Source: Paragordius varius (lineage: Eukaryota > Animalia > Nematomorpha). Taken from it: 64,000 nt of DNA. A model generated the notes under the pieces. The model was given only the letters and a program-made list of their open reading frames with translations. It did not search any database and was not told the DNA's origin. Numbering within the stretch: the first letter of the stretch is position 1; every line of letters starts with the position of its first letter. Below, one piece after another: positions 1 through 12,400 of this stretch. The position numbers and the translations under genes were made by a program. The stretch covers positions 10,850,001 through 10,914,000 of the forward strand of contig OZ176053.1 of the NCBI GenBank assembly GCA_964247055.1, in the 5' to 3' direction.

Positions 1-436
1 TTAATTTAAAGTTTATTCAAAAAATATATTTGAATAAACTCACAAAGTCATGGGAAAATTAAAAACGTGATTAATGATTTGGTGAATTCCGTATTGTTTA
101 TAAAATGCAAACATTACTTTAAAAAATTGTAAACCAATTGATCGATTTATTTCCCATAAAGTAAACGGTACAAGAAAATCCAATAATCCGCTTATAATTA
201 ACGCTTTGTGCCAGTAAATGTTTAAAGTTATTTCAAGTAAAAAGGAATATTTGAAACCCTAAAACCTAAAAAATCAAAATCTAAATTTCCATATTTCACA
301 ATTTTAGTTATATAATTTTTATAAAATATAAGGCACTATTGCTAATTTTATAAAAAATGACATAAGTTAATTAAAGGACCACCTAAAAAGCTTCAACTTT
401 TCCACGTTTTCCTGTGCTGAATAATAATTTTAATTT

Positions 437-3400
437 TTATCCGTAATTTAACAAATAATTAAATGTATACCTAAATCTATTGGTAGCAGCAAGACCAAAC
501 TGACGTCTTCGTACTTGCATGGTATAAAAGATATTGTCTATAAAGTTTCGCCGAGCCCTTTGCAATTGTTTTACGCGGTGTTTTGCATTTTCGGCATCTA
601 AATCAAACTTGGACGGATCCAATCCATACATAGCGTCCGGATGCATATTTAAAGTTCCCATGGAAACTAGGGTACATCCCAAGGCTAAGCCAGACGCCCC
701 ATAAGGTGTTAGTGGAGATGCACAATGCAACTTACTACTGTTTGAGTGGCTATTATCTAAAAAGAGTTTTTTGCATTCAAATAAAATTATGATAAGCTAT
801 AGAAAGAATATATTATAACAATTATTAAAATTAAAAGATGTCAACTTTTTTATCATTTTTATAATAGAAAACAATTAACTTTGCTGTCATTTGTATTCCT
901 ATGTTTCTACAATTAAACATTGATATTTTTATCGTTATATATTTACGTATTTAAAAATATTTATGAAGAGTGAATATAAAATCAGAATATTCTAATTAAA
1001 ACATATATACCATTTACAGTTCAAACCTTGAATATTTCCTCTCAAAAAATTCAAAACCCTAAAATAAAGTTATGTGTTTTTGAACTAATTAATTATTAAT
1101 ATAAAAAATATATCTTTTTGGCATAGTTTATTATTTTTTTAATCTTAAAAAACAGTAATTTATTCGAGGGTGATTTTGAATTGTTCGAGGGTGAATTTAA
1201 ATTCAAGGGTGAATTTGAATTGTAAATGGTATATTTTTAGATAAAAATAATTTTGTTGATAGAGAAACCCGTATTTGTAGATGGTAATTTAACGATAACG
1301 GATAAAACGGCTGATGTTTCATCCAATAATGGCTCGATTGCAATGGGTGTTGGCCTGTTTCTCTAACATTTGAAAATCGAGCATTATAAATAAGCAATAT
1401 AAATGTGTTGTTTTTTCGTAAATTTAAACTAAAAGTAACCATAGCATATATATATTTTGAGCAATATAAATAAACTAATTTGTTAACTAACATTAAATCA
1501 AAGTTTATAAAAATAAACATAATTAAAAATTATTTCAGCCCATGGTTCTCTAGGCAGATTTTCCATGTTCTAAATTTGTTTGACATATTTTCAATTGAAA
1601 AATCTGTTAGAACAATGTCATCCGCGAAAATTAACTCCCAGGGCGGTTGGGTAGATATGTTTTTTGTGATACAGTATAATATTATAATGAATAGTAATAG
1701 ACTAAGTACAGACCCTTGGTGTAGGCCAGTGTTTGTCTTAAAAGGTTCCGTGTCTTCTATTTAGGTGCGTACCATTGTGGTTGTATTTCATAAAAAGTAG
1801 TATTATTTCTATTAGATATTCTTTGATATAATTTTGTCTTAAGGCCCATTTGATTGTTGCTCTAGGGATTTTATCAAAAGCTTTCTCCAGGTCTAGAAAG
1901 ATGTGAAAAAAGTTTTTGATTTTTTGAAAGTTATTTTTCCTGTAGTTGCCTGATAATGAAGATGGCATCTGTAGTGCTGTGTTTTTTACGAAACGCAAAC
2001 TGATTATTTCTTATTGTAATGGTTTGTCTAAGGCGGTTGTCAATGATGCTTTCAAATATTTTGCAAGTGTGTTCTAAAAGTTTTAAGGGGCGGTATGAGG
2101 AGCAGACGAGACGATCCCCCTTATTTTTATATATAAGGATCGTTATACTTTTATTCCAGTCATGAAGAATTTCACGTTTGGTAAGAATTTCATTAAAATT
2201 GTAAGGTATGATGTTAAGCATGGTATTGGTTTAAGCAGATCAATTGATAGTTCGCTAGCAACCTGACGACTTGTTTGGCTTCATTTTTTGTATTGCTTTT
2301 AATACTTCGTTTTCTGTGGTGGATGGGTCCGCTTGTGGGTGGTTTTAGTGTCAGAGGGACTTTTAAATTGTTGGTTTGGTTCATTGATTCTTCCAAGCTT
2401 TCTTTCCATATCTTAATTACACTTTTTGGGTTAGAGATTATCTCATTCATATTGTTTTTGATACATTTAGTTTTAATGATATCTTGTTTGTTTGAGTTTA
2501 TATTCTTTATGTATTTAAAGATTTTTTTATTAATATTAGACTGTATCACAAAAAACATATCTACCCAACCGCCCTGGGAGTTAATCTTCGCGGATGACAT
2601 TGTTCTAACAGATATTTCAATTGAAAATATGTCAAACAAATTTAGAACATGGAAAATCTGCCTACAGAACCATGGGCTGAAAATAAATATTAATAAAACA
2701 AAAACAATGATATCACAGCGCCCAAATATCCATAAGCTATCTGCGACAAGGAAGTCAAAACAAATTCAATATAATGCAACAAATGCAAATTCTGGGTTCA
2801 AATGCTCCAAAATCACCGGCAAACTAAACGAACAAATAAACTTCATATGTAACAACTGTAATAACAATAATCCAACTCAAACACGCTCGACATATGTGGC
2901 AATCGACGAAAATTCAATAGAAAAAGTGGACCAGTTTACCTATCTAGACGTCATAGACTCTAAAGGCCATATAACTGGAGCAATAAGGAAACGAATTCAA
3001 CAAACATGGGGTAAAGTTAACCTCTAAAATTTGTCCTTAAAATTAAAAATGTATCTAACAATAATAATTGGCTAATATACAAAGCAGGAGTCAGGCCAGC
3101 TCTTACTCACGCCACCGAAACATGGCCCCTAAATAAAACAAATCTTGACAAAATGATAAATACGGAAAACAAAATAATTAAAGCTGGCTGTTCTGACTAC
3201 AATATTCATCTTAAACACAAAAATGACACAGTAGAAAAGTTTATACAAAGAAGCAGGCTTAAATACTTGGGTCACATTGAAACAAGACAAACCGACCATA
3301 TACTCCAAACCATTAAGCACATACAACCCTTTGGAAACAATCGCAAAGGGCGCCCAACACATTGCTGGAGCGACAACATTAAAAATGACAAAAAAATACT

Positions 3401-6400
3401 AAACCTCGACATTATCAAATGTCTAGATAAGGACCTTTGGAATAAGACCGTAAATGGTAACCTTCAAACACGAAGTCAAAAAGCCATCAAGTATCAAGTA
3501 TTATTAAAAATTAATCTACCTTCCTTTTTCGTATGTAAAATGTTGGTGGTTTGCTTTCCAAATAAACATAAACGGAGTAAAAAGGACGCGTCGCCATTTC
3601 TTCCATTTCAATAAACAAGCGCTAATTTGCCATTTTATTAAAAATATTTACAATTAATCCATTAAATTAATAATCAATTGTTTAATAATATTTTTTAAAA
3701 CGATTCTTTTATGAAAAAAATTGTACTCAAATCAGAATTAATAAATATTAAATACCTGTCGTCGACGGTATAGATCGTAACGTTGTTTAATTTTCCAGGA
3801 TAGGGCAGCAAAAAACAGTAGAAACAAAAAACAACTAAATTTCATGAAAAATCATTATTTTAAAATCATATAATTATAAATATATATATTAAGTTAATTT
3901 ACCTCAAAAATGTTATAAAAAATTGAAGAATATCCAATTTGGGAGTATACGACATAGACACCTATGAATTAAAAAATGGATATAATTATTTTGTAAAAAA
4001 TATTTAAACAAAACCAATTTTCATACCTTTATGATAACAGGTGCTTCAAAATGAAATAGATGAATAATAAATGTAACATTTTTGACACCAGATGTGAAGT
4101 ATCTAGAATCTAAAAATAATTATAAAACTATGTTTTCAAACCATTAACAATATATTACGGCAAGTAAGTAATATACTGCCCATAGTTAGCATATAGGCAT
4201 ATGAAAATTTAAGTTTATTTGAGATTATATTGATAGGAATCATACAATGTTATCACTCATAAGCATTCAACCAAAATTATAAATTAATAGTACACCTTTT
4301 TACCCAGTTTGTTCTCATGATAAAAGTTGTTTTTACCTTCCCAAAATCATATTATTTATTTGTTTTTAAATTAATTTTATTCAAAATCGATTTAACTAAA
4401 TTTAGAGTTTTAGATAGAATAATGCCTGTATGTTACTACAATACGAGTCATTATTAGAGAATTATATTATTTAAACAATAAACTCTAATATTATTTTATT
4501 AGATTTGATGATACAAATAACGTTTAAAAGTGTAAATATAACCAATTTCCATAGAAAATTGTTGATTGCACAATTGATTCGAGATAATGGGCATGATAGT
4601 GTTACTGTGACCTATTTTATACATCAATAAATATTATAATAAAACATTCCATCTATAAATATTTAGACATTTAACAACCGTTTAATATAATAATATTAAA
4701 ATCTTAATAATATACCTTTTTGGTAAGAAATATTAATTTTGGGCATGCTAACTCCACTACACCAAATTTTCAAATCATAGGGATGATCAGGTTTATCCAA
4801 CCTAAAAACAAAAGTAAAAATCGTTTTTAAAAACATAAAATAATATTTTATTATTGTATAATTGCGGTTTATTCCAATTGTATGGGATTTATTTTGACAC
4901 GAATATTAATATTTAAAAATATAAATAAAAAAACTCTTAACCTATTAATGATATTCATTCGATTGTAAAAGCGATCTTTGATGGGGGAAGACATGTTAAA
5001 AGTTAATGCATAATCTGTCGATAAATGAAAATAACACGTTCCACCCGGCAATCTAGGATTCCCAAAGTAAAGGCTACTTTCATCGCACCTGTGATAACAA
5101 AAATATTCAAAGGCATCATTAAATGATATTTTGAAAACACATAATCAATATAAAAATATTAAAAATTATAAGTTATTAAGGGTAAAACTTTTCTTTGCTT
5201 AAATTAGAGTCAAGACAGTATCTAATTTAAATAATGATTCATTATAATAGTTCGGTTTTGTTTTGGGTGTATTGATTATAATTTTACGTTATTTTTATGT
5301 TCAACAAATTTACATATATAACTAGTTGAATTACATTACTAATATATTTCTAAATTTTTAATTTATAACATGTGTTTGTGTTTTAGTTGAAACGACCAAT
5401 ATATAAATTTTTAGCTAACGCATAAGATGTAGGGTCAATCAGGGTTTGCTTTTTCGATAAAATCCTTATACTATATAACATATAAATTTAAATTAAGTAG
5501 TTTTTTTGCATATATATACATTTGACATTGGGATCCTATGATCCCCTTAACACGACAATAACAGTCACCCGTATTTCGATCACAAATGTTTGAGTGACCA
5601 TGGCAGAAGCATGGTTGACACATTCCTCCATTCCTGGGCTCTCCAAAGTACCCAATGGCACAGGAACCGCAGTTTGGACCGGTTGTGTGATCTCGGCAAG
5701 ATTTACAAAGCTCAGCGCCTGTGCTTACGCTATGAACACAATGGGAATGACCATTACATGTACAAGCTATAAATAAGTGTGTGGATATAAAAATCATTAA
5801 AATAAGTTTTAAATGCCACATATATACTTATTTTCCACAAATGTATTGTTTAAAAATGGTAAAGAGATTTGGATTTATGTTATCAAAGGACTTAAAGCTA
5901 TGTCGTAACAAAAAAAATCAATAATTCAAAAATATATTTACCTAAAATTATTATAGAAATTGTGATCAAAATATATATATTTATGTGAACTATTATACAT
6001 CTTTATAATTAATTTAACATGCATAATAATTGTATATGGATAATTATAAATATAATTTTGACCTAAAAATGGCTAAGTTTTATAAAAAAACTAAATAATA
6101 TTCTTGAACTTTAAAAAATATATGTTGGCAACCATTTTATAAAATAATCTATCAAATTACCTGGACATTTGATATAGTGATACAAAGATGACGGGCACAT
6201 TAAATTTAATTTAACCATAACTCCTGTCGAAAAAGATTGATTCGAAAATGTCAAATTATTATCATTATTATATAGCAATTCCTTATTTTTATTAGGCGAT
6301 GTTGTAAGGTAAAAAGGCATTTCACCGTTCAACCAATTACCAAACAATGCGTTGGACAGTAAAAATCTTTGAATAATTTCAAAAACATTGCTATAAAAAA

Positions 6401-7022
6401 CTCGGAAGCGCCACATATCAGTTTGGAAATCATACATGCTTAACTCATCGGATAGGTTATCATTCTAAAAAAATTATGATTGAAGGTAAAATATTAATTT
6501 TCTAGGGCGATGTTAAAATAAAATAAATTACGTTTAACCAGGATTTATCAAAAATATAAAAATTATATAGGAAACATAAGAAAAATATCAAATATGCAGG
6601 TAATATTAAAGATTTAATATAATAAAACTAATTGTTTTTAATGTTTATTAATAAAATAAAATGATAAAACAATATTTTAATGTGAAATACTTCATTTTGT
6701 GATGTAATATTTAGTGTTCCGATCCTAGAATTTAAGATTTTTTCATAAAGGCTTTTGGGTAAAATCAATGCCCTTGATTCGGATGCCATATAGGTACCAG
6801 GTATGCAAACTCCTATAATAAACATAGTTAAAATAATTATTTCTTTCGAGATTAGCCAAAAATCAAGATAATAATAAATAAATTAATACCAAAATCTACT
6901 AATAAAAATTACTTATAAATTTTAGGGAAGCAAAAAATAAAAACGATTTTTCAAAATAACAACGATTTATCAAAACTTTTCTTCCAAAAGTAGACCGAAT
7001 CATAAATTTTTAAGGAAAATAA

Positions 7023-7073
<51 letters not shown>

Positions 7074-9430
7074 AAAAAAATAAAATTAAATTAAAAAAAG
7101 CATTACCATAACCAGTGTTTGATTCATGAGCACACCAACCACAGTTTGGATTGGTTTGACATTCATCGCAAGATTTGAAGAAAATGCAAGGGGAAAGTAT
7201 GTTAGAGTATAGCTCATTCCACTCATCGATAAGGGGAAACAATTCATTCAAAAGTTCAATCGGATGATGAGAAGTGTCAAAATATGGATACATATTTTGA
7301 CTGGCGGTATTATCGGTGACAGTTTGCTTTTTTCTAATATTTTTACTTTTATTATTGTTATCATGCTTTCTTTTAGTTTTATGTGATGATAGGAGGAGGG
7401 AATTATAATACATCCCGTTTTTAGCATAGCCAACATTTTCAGCAGTGGTGTGACTAACATGTCGGTATGGAGAAAATGGTAAACTCTTATTCAAACCAAA
7501 TTTGTCAAGAAAATCAACTTTGTATTTTCTAATCAAATAATCAATATTTTGATTTTCTTTACCAATGCTTTTATCAAATGCCTCACTATAACGATAATTA
7601 TGATGTATACCACCTGCTGATGCCATCCTTATACTTGAATTGTTGTTATCAAACCCAATGATATAAGGGTTAAATAGGTTACTACGTCTTTTTTCATTGG
7701 GTTCGACTTTCGCAAATTTCGGGCGATTTTGAGCATTCTTATTATTATTATAAAGATTGGAGGTAGATTTATTAACTTTATTGTATGAACGATCGTTTTC
7801 AATATCAAGGGTAGGTGGGGATGATGCAAAATGTTCCCAAATATAATATAAATATGATATGTGAGTGCCTATTGATATAACCAAGTTATCCATCAAATCA
7901 TTAACATTTGTATTAATATTTATGGTAATAGTTGATGATTTTGAGTTAGGTAAATCACTTGAGTTCGTTTTATTATATGATTGTGGCAAAGAGTTATTTT
8001 GTTCCATTCTTTTTTGATCCGATATGTAATCATAATCTAAAAGTTCAAAATAATAAATATATTAAAAAGTCTGGATAATTGAATTTTTTGAATATTGTCA
8101 AATTTCCATTTTAGTTTATTTGTAAATTAATAATTACCATTTTGCACAATATCATTTGTCAATTCATCATTGTCAATACCCTTCGACGCATTAACGTTTC
8201 CACGTTTGAGCGCAGAAAAGGGATAATATATTTTTAGTTCCTTGTACACATAATCTAAACACAATGATATATGTAACAAAATGACTTTCAATAAACTTCA
8301 AAACTTTCAAAAAAACTTAAATCAAACATACTATACCAAGATAGGGTGCAAAATAAAACACATCTCTTCGAGGACAATTCGAGGCTACGGTAAATTGGTC
8401 AAATGGATTTCCGAAAGGTTGTAACATAGCATAAGCATACGGATCCCAACACGCATTATGTTTCCACAGGCAATATTGTTCAGTGCATGATCGACAACTT
8501 TGGTAATGTTTGCAGGGATAACCAATATAACAATATCTAAAGTATGGTTAACAATATTATATGAAACTTATTTATTTAGGTACCCTAATATTGCATGTAT
8601 CTTTTTGAATCAAGAAATTTAGATATAATCAAAAAAGTGTTTATGCCGTAATATAAGTCATATCTGATATTTTAACACCAAATAGGATGCGTGATTGATA
8701 TTTTTGGGGTTAATGATTACACGGAGAAACTTTATATATAATATTTTATACCAATCATGAAAAGATTACAAAAATATGCACATGGTAAACTGCAAAATGC
8801 GAAATAATCTTCTGGAAGAATAAATAATATAAATTTGTTAAATTAATGCAAGCGATAGTCAAATTGATCATCGATTAAAAACAGTGTAAATAACTACAGC
8901 AGGGGTGTCCAACACAAATATATTCGCGACTGTTTTAATAATTTTTCGTTTTTTTATTTATTTTGAACCCATTTTTGGATAATAAAACTTTAAATAATCG
9001 TGAATATTTAAAATCAAATTTTTATTTTTTTAGCATTTTTAGAGGACTTTTGCGTACCGAAAAAAAGAGTGTTGGGCATTCCTGAACTAGGGTATTGTTT
9101 AAAAAAAGTGATACATACATATTTAAACTGACCATATATGTAATCTAAATACAGTAAAAAATAATGGTTACCTATATAATCTTTTTTGAAACTTAAGTGA
9201 ATTGCTTGATTCTTCATTCTTGCTCTCTAAACATTAGCAAAAATTAGTTGTTAGCAAAGTTTTAAACATTTAAAAAACTTTATGATTTTAAATCCATAAA
9301 ACAAAACAAATAACTACCCTTGGATATTTTCTTATCCTTTTTAGCGTTTGATGAACTCATCTGTAAATTTGCTATGTCATAGTATGATGTTTTCATACTT
9401 TGTAAATAATTGTACAACACTATAGTACCA

Positions 9431-9481
<51 letters not shown>

Positions 9482-12400
9482 CAGAAAACTTATAAAAAAT
9501 ATTTTTTTAGAAATAATAAAACGAACCCTGGATTGTGTAAAGGGTGAAACAATGGAAGGACCCATAAGCAAATATCCATAAACATGAAGGATCATTCTGA
9601 CAGGTTATACAATCGCTATAATACTCGCAATGAATGCGAGACCATATGGGACATTGGTCAACGGTTCTAATGGGCTAAATTAGTATATATGTATAGAATA
9701 ATATTTAAATAAACTAATATTTATTAAGCGTAACGCGGTTAAAATATCCTAATTAATATCGAAAAATAAAAAATATTTTTAGTTATCTTACCGAAGGAAC
9801 AAATTTTTCCAGATGCATTTGTAAAAATATTATAAAGACCATAAGTATAAGGGCAAAAAAGTGTTTTTTAATTACTGATAAACGTTATTGCTTTATACCT
9901 CGTCAAATATAAAAATAAAATTTTAAAATACCAAAGCTCTTTCGGTTTTTAAACGCATTTTTTCTTGATGTGTAAGCATTGGATCATGATAGAAATAAGG
10001 ATCAAATAATTCAGATTTTAGGTATATTTTGCCATGAGGAGACATCGAGGCGGTTGGGAAATAAAAAAGCTTATTTTTTATGGCTTTAAACGTTGAAGCA
10101 GACTTGATAGAATCCACGAAAGAATCATTTATTCCTTTAGCATTTCTAACATTGATATTTTGTTGATTAACAAATGGTTTTACAGTACTTTTGAGAGTTG
10201 GATTGGTGTCGAAACCTGGAAAGTTATTATTTTTGTGTGTTTGCCACTTTTCGGAGAAAAGAGATGAAAAATTATCATCATTTTCGGGTGGCGGACCGAC
10301 CCGACCACCATAAAGAAGATTATTCCGTATTTCAAATAATTTTTGGTAAACTTGTATACTGGGATCAGATATGAAAGATATGGATGTAGTTGATGTTGTA
10401 TTAGACGACAAAGTATTCCTTTTAACTCTGGGGGTAAGTGGACAGACATATTCATTTTCGTTGGATAAATTAAGTAATTGTTGGGAAATGCAACCAATTT
10501 TATCACACCAAACGCACGGCCAACGGCTTGATAAACACGTGTAACAATCAATGAGCGATGAACATAATTGACTGCCTGATTCCAAGTAGAAAAACGTCAA
10601 GGCGGTTGTATCGATGTAATTGTCGAAATTTGCCTTCTCCTAAAATATAAATTATGATTATTACAAAAAATTTGTAGTAGATATGAGGCTTAAACAATTT
10701 TTATATTGTTTATGGGTCCTATGTATAATGTCATGAATTGAATCCTTTAACCAATTTTAATATTTTATAGAATTTCAAATTATCATACTTCATATTAATA
10801 AATACCTTCCCAACGTTCAAAAACTCATTTTCATAAATACACAAAAATTTTTTAACATCGTGTTAACTAAAAATTAGTAAAATATATATTTAGACAATAA
10901 ACCGTTTTTACGTCGGTGGACATCCTTATATGTAGTAAGGCATCGACAAAATCGATTAAGGCACTATTATAATTGTTTGCTTCTGTGTCTTTAAAATGCT
11001 CAAAATCAAAGTTGCTTTGTGGTGATAGATCAATGTTTGAAGGCACAATTTTATAATTATTGGCTGATCCCATATTACGCCCATCAAAAAAAGTTGAAGT
11101 GAAACAAAAATCCAACAATCTTTTTTTCCAATTAATTGGAATTTGGTCGAAATTATTATGTAAATTTTTAAAATTTATCAAATTATCTTGTAAGTTAGGT
11201 GCGTAGCTATTGCCTAGTTTTTTACGTGAAACATTGTTTGAATTTTGTTCCCCGTAAAGTTCTTTGATGTATGCCGTGTATAGAGATTGTAAAGGTACAA
11301 AATAATTTAGTGTCATGTTAGTTGAATTTATTAGCTGTCCTTCAAAATATGTCACAAGGGTAGATAGTATTTCTACACTATTTTTATAATTAATACTGGT
11401 GGTTTGATTGGAAGAATTAGTAAAATTCCTAATTGGGGCATTTCGTTGAGTTTTAATTAAATGGTCAATAATGACTCTCATATCCCTAGGTAATCTTTCG
11501 ATAAATGAATCCAAAATATCATTACAAGAATTTATTAGGGGTCCAAAATGTAATACTGCTTCTCCTTTTATCCATTGGCCATCAAAACCGCCTTGGACAT
11601 GAAGTGTACTAATAAAAAAAAGTTAATTATCCATTATAAAACGTTTTATCCAAATTTAAAAATAAAATATGTTTTTTGAGAAATAACTCACCAATATAAA
11701 ATAAATTTTTACAACATAGTTTAATGTTTTTTCAGCATTATATTAATTCTAGACAGAATATCATATTTTAAAAATATTAAAAAATAAAGGTTATTTAATG
11801 TTAAAAAACACATAACTTTTTAGTATATATTTGAATCAAGGGTGAATTTGAAATTTAAATGGCATATTTCAAATTCCCCCTTGAACACTTCTAATTCAAA
11901 CATTTGGAGTCAACCCTCGAACATTTTATATTGACCTTTGAACATCTACTATTACCCTAAACATTTTATCACCCCATAAATTATGTGTTTATGGGCTAAA
12001 TACTATATAACCAAGTAAATTGGCATATTAATTTTCTGTTTTTTCTCTATTTTATTATCAATATATTTAAATGGAATATTTTTTGAAAACTAACAAAATA
12101 TACAAAAAATGTAAAGTATGACAAAAACAAATAATTAAATTTTTAGCCCAGAAACACTATATACTTAATGTAATATATTTGATGGTTTAAGGGTGAAATT
12201 CATATATTCTATATGTTAAAGGGTGAATTTTAAATGTAAATGTAATGTATATTAATTAATTTAATGTCTATAGTTGAAATAAATCTTTATTTCAACTGTG
12301 GCTTAAAGCCAATAGTTAGGTTAATCATCGTTTTTTATGTAAAAGCTAAGATGTACGACTGAACAATGAGACTAGTATATTGATTTGATTGGTCAATTTT

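Noticed and set aside
2275-3027. 250-aa ORF with a strongly hydrophobic N-terminus that looks like a membrane protein fused to an RT
   Set aside because: The hydrophobic part is the antisense reading of the inverted LINE arm, which is A-rich on its sense strand. The fusion is a by-product of the inversion junction.
5590-5776. Overlapping plus-strand ORFs opposite the laminin-EGF exon (similarly 13664, 22011, 31471, 36956, 48664)
   Set aside because: These are antisense shadows of real minus-strand exons, with no independent homology or splice support.
9377-9595. ORFs containing IYIYIY runs (also 30479-30673, 60038-60272)
   Set aside because: These are translations of (TA)n microsatellites. 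The real exons here use other frames.
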